NCBI GenBank assembly: GCA_963664705.1
Contig: OY761556.1
Location: 4,992,001 to 5,056,000, forward strand
Direction of reading: 5' to 3'
From: Acidobacteriota bacterium
GTDB lineage: Bacteria > Acidobacteriota > UBA6911
DNA length: 64,000 nucleotides
The notes under the pieces were generated by a model that was not told the origin of the DNA, ran no database searches, and saw only the letters and a program-made list of their open reading frames with translations. The translations under genes and the position numbers were made by a program. Positions 16,623 through 26,346 of the stretch are shown here, piece after piece; positions within the stretch are counted from its first letter, which is position 1; each line of letters starts with the position of its first letter.

Positions 16623-19600
16623 TTAGAAACTGAGCCGCGCTCCCAACTGAATCTGGCGGGGATTATTGGTTGTCCCACTGATCTTGCCGAAGTTAGAGCT
16701 GGCGCGATCAACATTCGGTTGTGAGAAAATCGGTGTGTTCGTGAAGTTGAAGAACTCGGCGCGGAATTGAGCCTTCACTCGCTCATGGAGGGTCACCGTC
16801 TTGAAGAGGGAGACATCCAGATTAACCTTGCCATGCGTGCGCAGGTCGGCATAAGTACGCGTTCCGTTGCCGAAGGCGTATGCAGCCACGGTGGTGAACG
16901 CATTGGGATTGATCCATCCGTCATACCGTTGAGACGGGCTGCCAGAGGTAGTCAGTGGAACTCCCGCAACAAGATTGGCCCGCTGATAACCGGTGGTATT
17001 GTTTCGGTTGGTCTGTATAACCTCCAATGGATATCCAGACTGCGTCGAGCCAACGATGTTCAGCGACCATCCGCCGGCCAGCAGATCGAGTGCATTGGAG
17101 CTGCTCGCCCAGCGCTTGCCGCGTCCAAAAGGTAAATCGTAGGAGATTGAAGTGCTGATCCGATGCGGCTGATCCTGGGTGGAACGGCTCCATTCATCCG
17201 CAGGATTATAGGCATTCTGCGGTCCGTTCGTTGTTGAATTGACTTGCCGGTTGCCTTGCACCCAGGCAAGTCCGACGATGTTGTCGTAGTTTTGAGACAG
17301 AGTGTAGGAGGCAAGCAATGCCAGTCCGCTCTTGAATCGTTTCTGTCCCCGGAGATAAAAGGCAAGGTAACGTGAACTGGCCGTATCTGAAGCAGACAGA
17401 TTCACGCGAAGATACTGGGGGTACGGCAACAACAACTGATAGTATGGAATATTTGCCTGTCCCAGCGACGAGCTGCGCGGGACAATGCCATAGAATGGAT
17501 TAGACACCTGGCGATCCAAAACCGCTGAGCCTAGAGAGAAGTAGGAAGGGTCAAGCTGGTTGATGTTGCGATTATCCTGTGTCAGATGCAGCGAGTGCGA
17601 ACCGATGAGACCGGCGGCAAATACCATCCCGCCAAAAGCTTCCCGCTGGAAATCGAGTGAATACTGCTGCACATAACCGCCGGACCGCGTTTTAGGATCC
17701 AGGATATTGATATTTTGTCCCCATGCAGCTGTCTGGGATTTGTCCGCCGGTTGAATTAAGCCGTTCGGATATGGATTAGCCAGGGTTGTGACTCCATCGG
17801 GCAAGCCTTTGATGGCGCCTTCAGCGCTTACAGACGTAACCGCGGTGGTGCCTGCGGGCGCCATCGCTGCTATCTCGAGAGACCATGGGGCCCAGAAAAT
17901 GCCGTAGCCTCCGCGAAGGGCTGTCTTGTCGTTAAAGGCATACGCGAAACCGAAGCGAGGCCCCGGTTTGAGTGTATGGGGATTGGAAGTACGTGTTGGA
18001 TTGTTGTTCTCTCCCGCAAACTGCAAGACACCGCGGACCTGGCGTCCGAGCGCGTTGCTGACCGAAGCACTGATCGGGTTTATCGCATTACTGTCCAAAC
18101 CTACATATATATTGTTATGGTCTTCCGACACACCCGTTTCATGCTCGAAACGCAACCCTAAATTCAGGGTCAGTTTTGGGGTAATGCGAAAATCATCCTG
18201 CACAAAGAACCCATAATAATTGACGGAATCGATAACACGCTTGGATGCAGTATACGGGCCGCTATCGGGAAGTCCGAGCAGGAGGCTTGCCAGCCCGCTG
18301 CCGGTATTCGCGTCATTCGTATTGTATGGGTCGGCGTTGGTAAACAGCGTGGAGAAACCCAGGTTCAGAGCTCCGCCGCCAGGAATGCCGCTGATGCCCA
18401 GAACACGGAAGTCGAATCCCCCTTTCAGGCTATGCCTCCCAAAGAGCTTTGATATCGAGGCATTGAAATTGCGCGTGTAATAAACCGCTTCCGAGGTGTT
18501 GCCGCCGCCGAAACCGGTGTAACCGGCAACCGTAATGCCGGGAAATGCGGGCCGGGCCAAACTGCTTGCCAGCGCCTGCGGAAATCCAAGTTGAGTGATG
18601 TCATACCCTTGATTTTTCGCCGGGTATGACAAATCCCAGAGACGGTTGTATCCCCAACGGATGGCGATGACCGTCGATGGGTTGGGCGTGAGCTGCGCAT
18701 TCGCGGAGGTGGCATCGACCTTCCGTTCCGTGCTGGAACCGCGCGTGGCGATGCGGGTAATCGGATTGTCTGCAGTGCTCCAGGGATATGTGTGGTTTTC
18801 CTGCGTCCCTTGATAAACATACGACGCGGCGGCTTTAAGCCAGGGGGTGAACTGGTGATCGAGTTTTCCGGTATATTGCGCACCATGGTGCGGAGTGCCC
18901 GCGAGTCCAACGTAATTGGGAGTAGAGGAATTGTTGTACCCCTTCCGGGTTGCATTTTCATCCGGATAAATGTTGGCTAGCCTTTGTCCGAGCGCACTGA
19001 TGCGATTGGTGGGAATAGTATTGTTGGGAAATGGGTCACGCATAACCTTCCCGGTCACAGGATCGAGGCGCGTGGTCAGCGGATCGTAAATGATATGTAG
19101 CGTGCCATTCGCATTAAACGTCTGCGAAAAATTACCAGCCCGCTCCAACGCAGTCGGTACAAGATCGGCAACGCTTCCGGAATTTCCTTTTGTATAGCGC
19201 TCCGTAGAGAAGAAGAAAAAGGTCCGATTATGGCCATCGTAAATCTTTGGGATAAGAACCGGGCCGCCAAACGATCCGGCATAAGTGCGCTCATCCGTGT
19301 TCGGCTTTGCCGTTCCATTGCGGTTATTTTCAAACCGGTTGGCCGCCCAGCCGGTTTCGCGATCGTAAAAGACAAGACTTCCGTGCACCCTGTTTTCGCC
19401 GGAACGCAACGAGACATTATATGTACCGCCGCCCGTGCGCCCCACTTCAGCATCATAGGTATTGGCCTGCACTTTCAGATCCTGCGTCGTTTCTGGCGAT
19501 GGAAGAATCAAAACGCGATTGGTGAGATCGGCAAACGAAATGCCGTCGACCAGGAAGTTGTTTCGACGCACGGGACCGCCTGCGATCGATACCTGCGAGG

Positions 19601-20132
19601 TGCTATAGTGGTCATGCATTCGGATGGATTGTTCCCCGCCGGTCCACACAACAGTTGCGGCGAGTCTCGCGGTTAAATAGATATTGCGTCCCAGGTTGGG
19701 CAGATCCACGATTTTTTGATTGTCCAACAGCTGACCGATTGAAGCGTCCGCAATCTGAATCTGCTGCGTTTCCGAGCTCACCGTAACTACTTCGCTGATC
19801 TCGCCAATGTCCAACACCAGATCCAGTGTTACGTTCGCCTGGGTAGAAACAATCACGCCGCGGCGTTCCAGGTGTTTGAAACCCGAGGCCTCAACACTAA
19901 CCGTATAGGTAGCGGGGATAACCGCCGAAAAAACATACTCTCCCTGTTCATTGGTGGCTGTGGTACGGCGTACCTGGGTATTCTCATTAACCAGAGTTAT
20001 CTTGGCTCCTTCCGCTACAGCTCCTGCCGGATCCACCACTCTGCCTCTCAACGATCCTTGAAATGACTGAGACCAGGCAAATGTTGATAATAGGAAAAAT
20101 GAAATTATGATCCTTACAAAGATGCTTCTCAT
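16623..20132 (-). CDS. TonB-dependent receptor with carboxypeptidase regulatory-like N-domain
   Basis: Signal peptide MRSIFVR, LPNLGRN, FFVQDDFR, C-terminal PRQIQLGARLSF; AAGGGGA RBS. Confidence 0.92.
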   Translation of the reverse strand: MRSIFVRIIISFFLLSTFAWSQSFQGSLRGRVVDPAGAVAEGAKITLVNENTQVRRTTATNEQGEYVFSAVIPATYTVSVEASGFKHLERRGVIVSTQANVTLDLVLDIGEISEVVTVSSETQQIQIADASIGQLLDNQKIVDLPNLGRNIYLTARLAATVVWTGGEQSIRMHDHYSTSQVSIAGGPVRRNNFLVDGISFADLTNRVLILPSPETTQDLKVQANTYDAEVGRTGGGTYNVSLRSGENRVHGSLVFYDRETGWAANRFENNRNGTAKPNTDERTYAGSFGGPVLIPKIYDGHNRTFFFFSTERYTKGNSGSVADLVPTALERAGNFSQTFNANGTLHIIYDPLTTRLDPVTGKVMRDPFPNNTIPTNRISALGQRLANIYPDENATRKGYNNSSTPNYVGLAGTPHHGAQYTGKLDHQFTPWLKAAASYVYQGTQENHTYPWSTADNPITRIATRGSSTERKVDATSANAQLTPNPSTVIAIRWGYNRLWDLSYPAKNQGYDITQLGFPQALASSLARPAFPGITVAGYTGFGGGNTSEAVYYTRNFNASISKLFGRHSLKGGFDFRVLGISGIPGGGALNLGFSTLFTNADPYNTNDANTGSGLASLLLGLPDSGPYTASKRVIDSVNYYGFFVQDDFRITPKLTLNLGLRFEHETGVSEDHNNIYVGLDSNAINPISASVSNALGRQVRGVLQFAGENNNPTRTSNPHTLKPGPRFGFAYAFNDKTALRGGYGIFWAPWSLEIAAMAPAGTTAVTSVSAEGAIKGLPDGVTTLANPYPNGLIQPADKSQTAAWGQNINILDPKTRSGGYVQQYSLDFQREAFGGMVFAAGLIGSHSLHLTQDNRNINQLDPSYFSLGSAVLDRQVSNPFYGIVPRSSSLGQANIPYYQLLLPYPQYLRVNLSASDTASSRYLAFYLRGQKRFKSGLALLASYTLSQNYDNIVGLAWVQGNRQVNSTTNGPQNAYNPADEWSRSTQDQPHRISTSISYDLPFGRGKRWASSSNALDLLAGGWSLNIVGSTQSGYPLEVIQTNRNNTTGYQRANLVAGVPLTTSGSPSQRYDGWINPNAFTTVAAYAFGNGTRTYADLRTHGKVNLDVSLFKTVTLHERVKAQFRAEFFNFTNTPIFSQPNVDRASSNFGKISGTTNNPRQIQLGARLSF

Positions 20133-20323
20133 GCTTAATCCCCTTTGCGCGAAATGCTCGTGTCCGCTTTTCAGGACAGGAGTGATCGATAACCCGGCCC
20201 GCAATCATTCATGGAGAGACAATCTTGAATGAAGGACCGGCACCAATCACAAACTGCCGTCGGCGCGAATTTTGATGTTTTGTTCCAAACGCATGCGAAA
20301 AACGAATGTGGAATCGCTTAGGA

Positions 20324-20407
20324 TCAACAACAACAGCGCTGGGATTTCAAATCTTTGGGGAACTGAAAGAAGAATTGGTGAGTCTTGTAAATTCTGAGGG
20401 TTCTCAT
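20324..20407 (-). CDS. Poly-cysteine leader peptide 4 (27 aa)
   Basis: MRTLRIYKTHQFFFQFPKDLKSQRCCC-stop (TGT TGT TGT TGA); GGA RBS. Confidence 0.72.
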   Translation of the reverse strand: MRTLRIYKTHQFFFQFPKDLKSQRCCC

Positions 20408-20421
20408 GTCAATCGTCCGTG

Positions 20422-20502
20422 ATTGCTGACTTCCGGAGTTCCGGTCAGCCCGCGGATTTATTCACAGCAAGCTCCTGGGACCAGATATCTGGTTAATCCC
20501 CA
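20422..20502 (-). ncRNA. Putative cis-regulatory tandem-hairpin leader RNA, copy B
   Basis: Minus strand GATTAACCAGATATCTGG and GACCGGAACTCCGGAAGTCAGCAAT. Confidence 0.6.
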
Positions 20503-20519
20503 ACAGAACTAATATAATT

Positions 20520-20556
20520 TCTATGGATATAATATACATTTATCGGAGGCTTTCAA
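20520..20556 (-). promoter_or_regulatory. Sigma70 promoter with putative Rrf2 box for the TonB receptor operon
   Basis: Minus strand TTGAAA, 16 nt, TATTAT; TCTAT-N7-ATATA at 20520-20536 (one mismatch to the box). Confidence 0.6.
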
Positions 20557-20838
20557 GAAAAATATTCATAAAAATGTGGCTAAAACGAAAAAGGAAATAG
20601 AAAGACAGGTTTGAGCGGCAGTTCCAGGGCGCAGTTTGCAATAAGGTTGCAGGCTAGAAACCAGTACATCAGGACATTCATGATTCCAAGCGCGATCCAT
20701 CCTGCCGCCGGCGCATAATGCGCAAGCCGACATAGCTGAGTGCTATTTCCGGTAGATCGGATTACTGGCGGAAAGGGCTGTTTTCAACAGCCATCCACAA
20801 ACGCAAAATGCCAGACTCGGGGCGGCACAGCCATGGAC

Positions 20839-23460
20839 TTATCTTTCAGGTGAATCCGCCAGCGACTGAAGCCACCTCTTCAGGTTGCTCTGTTGCTGGT
20901 TGCGGAATTCGATGCACCCGTTGATGCGGTCGGCCGAGTGCTTCACGGCCTGGTCCGCCGAAGCAACCGGATGTGTGGCGAAGAATTGCTGCACGTCGTC
21001 GCGCGCCTGCTCTGAGCAGAAACTCCCCGTTGAATACACCAGGGCGCTTCCTATCTCCGGTGTGAGCAGGGCGTGGATGGAATCCCAATGCTCCTTGACG
21101 AACTTCCACGCCTGGTCGCGCGTTGACGGCGCGCTCAGCTCGAGTGCGAACTGAATAGCCGCATCCTGATTCCGCACCTTGCCTGAAATGGCATATTCCA
21201 TCGCACGGTTTGCCAACTGCCGATCCTCGAAAGACGCGAGCAGGCTCAGCGCCGTATCCTGCAGTTCCGGGGAGTTCGATGTCTCGTAGACATGCTGCAT
21301 CGTGTCGAACAATTCCGCATCGCCGTTCCGAGCTGCCACAGAAAGCGCGGTCTGACCAAGCGTGGGGTCAACCGACGCCTGATTTTCCAGGTATTTCCGT
21401 GCCATCTCTCTTGCCTGGGCAAGCACATCAGGATCCTTGCCGTAATATCCAAGTATGCGGAACAGGGTCGCGCGCAGCTCGCGCTTATTCGGCGGATCCT
21501 GCGGCGTGGGTGCGCCAAGCCTTTCATACTCAGGCCGGAAGTTCTTCGTCAGCCACGCCGAGATGTCTTGACGCTCCTGGCTACTATTGGCCAGCCGCTG
21601 ATATATCGCATCCACATTGGCGAGGGCTGAGGAAATGACCTCAGCATTCTGGTCAGCCTTGACTGCCTTTACAAGGGCAAGATAGTCGCCAACGGACGCC
21701 TTGTTCGCACGAAGCTGCGCCCACTGGTCGCCCACCAGAGCTATGCGCTCAACCGGCTCGAGACCGGTTTCGACATTCTTCAAAACTTCGGCATAGATTT
21801 CAGCCGGATATGCGCTGCGATAAAAACCGCGCCCGCCGGCGTTGCTAAAGAACAGTGAACCCGCCGGTACTGCTACGCTCGTCGTGTCCGGCCCGACCAG
21901 CGTGCAATCCTGTCCCGCGTTGCTTTTGAAACAAACGGGGATGGTCCATTTCTGTGACGAATCCGGCTTGATGCCGGAACTCAGGAAAAACCGATGTTGC
22001 GAAAGGTCCACCCTGCGGCCCGCCCGTTTGCCGAAACTGATGATGGGCTCGCCCGGCTGCGCTATCAGGCTGTCCATGATCCTGTCTATTGGCTTGTGGC
22101 TGACTGAAGTCTGTACGTTCCAGAAATCCTCAGCGGTCGCGTTGGAATACTGGTGGGCATCGAGATACTTGTGTACGCCCTGGCGGAATGTCTCCTTGCC
22201 CAAATAGTTCTCCACCATGTTCAGAACTGCGCCGGCCTTGCCATAGGAAATCCCGTCGAACATTTGCTCGATTTGCTCCCGCGTATCGGCATGTGCGCGG
22301 ATGGCCCTTGTCGTTGCCTGCGCATCCAGGTTGAGTATGTTTTGTAATCGCGCGGCTTCACGCTGGTCAATGTTCCACTCGGGATGCATAGCCGCCAGGG
22401 GCTTGGTCTCCATCCACGTGGCAAAGCCCTCGTTGAGCCAAACGTTGTCCCACCACTGCATTGTGACAAGGTCTCCAAACCACTGGTGCGCCATCTCGTG
22501 CGCAATCGCCTCGGAGACATTGATTTTCGAGTCCACGGAGGCAGTCTTCGGGTCGATCAGTAATAAGGCTTCGCGATAGGTAATAGCTCCGAAGTTCTCC
22601 ATTGCACCGGCTTCGAAATCCGGAATGCCTATCAAATCGAGCTTGGGCAGTGGGTAACGGATGCCGAAATAATCATTGTAGTAGTGGAGCACATGCCTGG
22701 TCACATCGAGCCCGTAGTGCGTCAAATCCAGTTTTTCGGGCGTGGCGCACACGCCAATCTTCACGCCATCCTGCTCGCCATGCGTGCATTGGAAATCGCC
22801 CACAAGAAATGCCAGCAGGTAAGTGGACATTTTGGGCGTGGTCTCAAATTTCACGCTGTGCTTGTCCGCACCCGGGCCCGGCGTATCGCTTGCCGCGGGC
22901 ATGTTGGAAATTGCGGTATCTCCCTTATCGATCACAAGAGTCACGCTGAAGGTGGCTTTGAATGCCGGTTCATCGAAGCTGGGAAAGGCGCGCCGCGCGT
23001 CCGTCGACTCAAACTGCGTGACTGCATAGTTGTGTCTGGACGTTTTCGATACGTAGAAACCGCGCAGCTCATTGTTCAGGATGCCGCTGTAACATATCGA
23101 AAGCCTGACAGTGCCCGCGGGGATTTTTTCTGGAACCGTGAACGTCGCCTGCTCCTTCTCCTTGTCAGTGGAAACCACGCCGATCTGCTGCTTGCCGCCT
23201 GCGCTGATTGTGACCGACTGGTACTCGATTTCCAACGAGTTCACAGTAATCGACTTTGCCGATTCCTTCAGATCCACATCGATATGTTCCACGCCTTTAA
23301 ATTTCGCTGCTCTCAGGTCAGGCGTGAGCTCAAGCGAATAGTGCTTCGGCCTGACTGTCTGAGGAAGGCGTTCTGCATCGGAGCGCGCAGCCGGCAGCAG
23401 GAAGAGGAGGGCGATTGCGGCCACAGCCCTGCGTGAAACGAATGAAAGCGCTATCATCAT
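20839..23460 (-). CDS. M1 family aminopeptidase with ERAP1-like C-terminal domain
   Basis: GAMEN and HEMAH-x18-E motifs; signal peptide. Confidence 0.95.
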   Translation of the reverse strand: MMIALSFVSRRAVAAIALLFLLPAARSDAERLPQTVRPKHYSLELTPDLRAAKFKGVEHIDVDLKESAKSITVNSLEIEYQSVTISAGGKQQIGVVSTDKEKEQATFTVPEKIPAGTVRLSICYSGILNNELRGFYVSKTSRHNYAVTQFESTDARRAFPSFDEPAFKATFSVTLVIDKGDTAISNMPAASDTPGPGADKHSVKFETTPKMSTYLLAFLVGDFQCTHGEQDGVKIGVCATPEKLDLTHYGLDVTRHVLHYYNDYFGIRYPLPKLDLIGIPDFEAGAMENFGAITYREALLLIDPKTASVDSKINVSEAIAHEMAHQWFGDLVTMQWWDNVWLNEGFATWMETKPLAAMHPEWNIDQREAARLQNILNLDAQATTRAIRAHADTREQIEQMFDGISYGKAGAVLNMVENYLGKETFRQGVHKYLDAHQYSNATAEDFWNVQTSVSHKPIDRIMDSLIAQPGEPIISFGKRAGRRVDLSQHRFFLSSGIKPDSSQKWTIPVCFKSNAGQDCTLVGPDTTSVAVPAGSLFFSNAGGRGFYRSAYPAEIYAEVLKNVETGLEPVERIALVGDQWAQLRANKASVGDYLALVKAVKADQNAEVISSALANVDAIYQRLANSSQERQDISAWLTKNFRPEYERLGAPTPQDPPNKRELRATLFRILGYYGKDPDVLAQAREMARKYLENQASVDPTLGQTALSVAARNGDAELFDTMQHVYETSNSPELQDTALSLLASFEDRQLANRAMEYAISGKVRNQDAAIQFALELSAPSTRDQAWKFVKEHWDSIHALLTPEIGSALVYSTGSFCSEQARDDVQQFFATHPVASADQAVKHSADRINGCIEFRNQQQSNLKRWLQSLADSPER

Positions 23461-23666
23461 CGGGACCTCGTCGGAGCAATCGTGTTTTCGAGCTGCACTG
23501 CGAACGGAGCCGAGTCAATCGGTCCGGGACACTCACATCTTGCATACAAATGCTTAACACGGGAATTAACCTGGCGCTGTACCCGGAACTCTACCGGGGC
23601 GGTTTCGGAGGCGGATATGGAGCAGGTCCAACCCCGTTTAATCTTCGCAGATTGGCCCCTTTAACC

Positions 23667-24200
23667 TCATTTCAATTTGTGTAGATCCAGCGTTTGGATT
23701 TCAAGCGCATGATGCTTGTGCCAATTTAGTATAACTCTCGATGCGAGAAGCCCTAGTATTCCAGAAATGAGGAGCAGCACGAGAAATGCCGGAATGCCAA
23801 CACCAAAAATGAAAACTGTCCCCAAGACAAAAAGAAGGCCAGGCACACCGCTTCCCACCGATATGTGGTGCATTGAAATGCCGGGGTGGTACGTAACCGC
23901 ATCGTGCACTGATTTATACATGTGAGTTCCTCCTTTCCAGAGCTGCAGTGCAGCTTGAGGATTCTTTCGAAATCTGAAGAAGAGGCGCATCGAACAGACG
24001 ACCTGTCGCCAGTACCAGAGCCTGGCTCCAAAGATCCCGTAGCTGGGGACAATGACGACACTGAAAATTTCCGATAAATCGCCGGAGACGTTATCGCGAA
24101 CCTGCTCAGGGAGGAGGCATAGAAGAAGCCGTTCCGCTGCTACCGGTGGCCTTGCGGCCAAATCTTTCTGCGTCCTGGCATTGTGAGTTCTCTCGCTCAT
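23667..24200 (-). CDS. Permease-prefix-domain membrane protein coupled to PadR
   Basis: PPVAAERLL..GDLSE..ARLWYWRQV prefix domain; ATGA overlap with padR; C-terminal TM helices. Confidence 0.75.
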   Translation of the reverse strand: MSERTHNARTQKDLAARPPVAAERLLLCLLPEQVRDNVSGDLSEIFSVVIVPSYGIFGARLWYWRQVVCSMRLFFRFRKNPQAALQLWKGGTHMYKSVHDAVTYHPGISMHHISVGSGVPGLLFVLGTVFIFGVGIPAFLVLLLISGILGLLASRVILNWHKHHALEIQTLDLHKLK

Positions 24201-24529
24201 GGTTCGCCCAGTACTGGATCCAATCCAGCCCACATATTGGCTAGTATCTCCCGGGATCGCTTCAATGCCAGCGATCCTTGAGCCGTGATCTTGAAAAAGC
24301 GCTTTGCCCTTCCACCCCGCTCCGGTGTCGGGTCGCCTACCTTTGAGGTGATGTAGCGTTTTGCCTCCAAACGATCCAGCGTCGCATAGACAGCGCCGAG
24401 CATGACCGGTCTTCCGGTACGTTTTTCAATTTCTTCCCATATGGTCACGCCGTAGGCATTCCTGGCCAGGCGCAGCACCGCTAACAGGACTATTTGTTCG
24501 AATTCACCAAGATACTCGCCCTTTGCCAT
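24197..24529 (-). CDS. PadR family transcriptional regulator
   Basis: LGEFEQIVLLAVLRL, AYGV, GAVYATLDRLE, PERGGRAKRFF. Confidence 0.95.
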   Translation of the reverse strand: MAKGEYLGEFEQIVLLAVLRLARNAYGVTIWEEIEKRTGRPVMLGAVYATLDRLEAKRYITSKVGDPTPERGGRAKRFFKITAQGSLALKRSREILANMWAGLDPVLGEP

Positions 24530-24790
24530 AATCCATCCTTATCTTCTACATTATTGAGGATATATACTAAAAGTCAATGGCCTTTATTATCGGTCGAACA
24601 TGATTGCCTCTCTATGGTGAGACCCGTCTTTGTAAAATGTTACAAAGAGACGGAAGGTTCAGGAAATATTGCCGCGTGTCCTTGTCATAGGGCCCGAGCC
24701 CTAATCAAATCGCTACCACAGGATAATTACAGGTCCGGGAGGATACTCTCTTAGATGTAATATATGGATTATTACTTCAGGAGCGTGCAC

Positions 24791-25228
24791 ATGACGGATC
24801 GATCATTCGTTGAAGATAATCACATTTCGTCTGCGCGTATGCGCACTTTATCATTGAGTTTGACCGAGGAGCAATTGCGCCTGCCGATTGGAAATATGTG
24901 GACAGTCTACTCTGTTTTTGCGCACATTGCCTTCTGGGATTTACGGGTAATGCAGATCCTTGAGAAAACCAAACAAAAAGGAGAACTAGTAGCGCCGGAG
25001 ATTGATGTAGCGGCAAATGACATACTAAATACCCTTTTTCTGGCCATCCCACCTCGCCTTGCTTCCCAAATCGCTTTTCAAACGGCGGAAGCTCTTGATG
25101 GAATGCTTGATATTTTTCCTGAAGATTTGCTTGAACAGGTTCATTCGCGTCAAAAACGTTGGGTATTTCGAGCATTGCACCGCAATGCACATCTGGACCG
25201 TATCGAAACAGCACTGAAAGCCAGGTAG
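24791..25228 (+). CDS. DinB/MDMPI-like protein
   Basis: WTVYSVFAHIAFWD and HRNAHLDRI metal-binding pattern; AGGAG RBS. Confidence 0.75.
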   Translation: MTDRSFVEDNHISSARMRTLSLSLTEEQLRLPIGNMWTVYSVFAHIAFWDLRVMQILEKTKQKGELVAPEIDVAANDILNTLFLAIPPRLASQIAFQTAEALDGMLDIFPEDLLEQVHSRQKRWVFRALHRNAHLDRIETALKAR

Positions 25229-25341
25229 CAAATGGCAAATTTGACGATTGTCCCCTCGGGGACCACATCAGTCAGAGTGAGGTCACAAAGATCATTGACC
25301 AATACCAGTCTCTTGCACCGCGCGCTGCAGACGAACTTGCT

Positions 25342-25851
25342 TCATTTCTTCTTCTCGGTTTTTGCGGCGTCGTTCTCGTAGATCGTTACATTAATTCCCG
25401 TAAGTCTTCCAACTACAGCTCCTGCTAAACCAAGTGGAAGCATAAAGATCGCTGCACCCTCCGACCGCTTCATTCCTGTATCCGAACTACCGGCAAATGC
25501 CACGCCGCTGGCTCCAATGCCTGCGCCCACGCCGGCACCGATCCCCAAACCAATCAAGGCCGCCCTACCCCCAGAGCGTCGGCTGATTCGTAGGATTTCT
25601 TCCCTGCTGATATTCATGCTTTTATCGGATTTGATCCGCAGCAGGATCCCGCTTGCATTGGCTTCAACAAACTCGCCTTTGAGCTTTTGCCCCGTTTGGA
25701 GTTGCACGTCGATCTTCTGATGCGTACGGATGCGGCTGACTTGATCCCAGGCTAAGTCCTGGTTTTGGATTGCGGTTGACCTTTGCGCCTGAGCCCACAA
25801 ACCCTGCGCCAATCCAATCAGAAGAACAATCATAACTATTTTGCTTCTCAT
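25342..25851 (-). CDS. Secreted hypothetical protein with glycine-zipper region
   Basis: Signal peptide; GLGIGAGVGAGIG stretch; GGAG RBS. Confidence 0.75.
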   Translation of the reverse strand: MRSKIVMIVLLIGLAQGLWAQAQRSTAIQNQDLAWDQVSRIRTHQKIDVQLQTGQKLKGEFVEANASGILLRIKSDKSMNISREEILRISRRSGGRAALIGLGIGAGVGAGIGASGVAFAGSSDTGMKRSEGAAIFMLPLGLAGAVVGRLTGINVTIYENDAAKTEKKK

Positions 25852-25957
25852 GGTGTTTTCTCCGTCGATACTTGATACCTGGTAACCTTCTACTCATCCC
25901 ATCTGTTAATGCGACAGTTGTTGCTACAATGGCTCATTTTCCGTTCTCATCATCTAC

Positions 25958-26221
25958 TTAGGTAGTTTGGTTGAGCACGATTACTCGAAGCTTAAAGGGA
26001 AATTTTGCGGCACATGGCAGGTTCGATCCGATTCTGGAAGGTGGAGGATCCACGGATAGTAACTTGATTGCCGGGTCATAGGATGAGGGATGAATAATAA
26101 TTTTCGAGCCCGGCCGATCCGGCGATTTCTGGTGGCAGGCGGCGAACTGTTTTAGTGCAAGAATGTAAGCGGTTTCGGTACTCTGAGCATAGTTACGATG
26201 CTGGAGTTCCTCCAGCATCAT
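25958..26221 (-). pseudogene. Truncated phage-integrase N-terminal (SAM-like) domain
   Basis: MLEELQHRNYAQSTETAYILALKQFA..KSPD resembles integrases paired with IS91-type transposases; similarity is lost after about 36 aa and there is no catalytic domain. Confidence 0.75.
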
Positions 26222-26326
26222 TTTTCGTAAATGGGTCCTAGAGATCTCCTTTCTCTGTGACCCAACACTATCTCAGCCCGGCGGCAAGCACGCGGAGCGT
26301 CCGCCGCGCTAGCGGCTTCGTTCAAA
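26100..26326 (-). mobile_element. Remnant end of an integrase/IS91-like element
   Basis: Integrase stub plus a GC-rich hairpin end CCGCCGCGCTAGCGGCTTCGTTCAA. Confidence 0.5.
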
Positions 26327-26346
26327 CGGCGATCGGGGAAGCTTCG

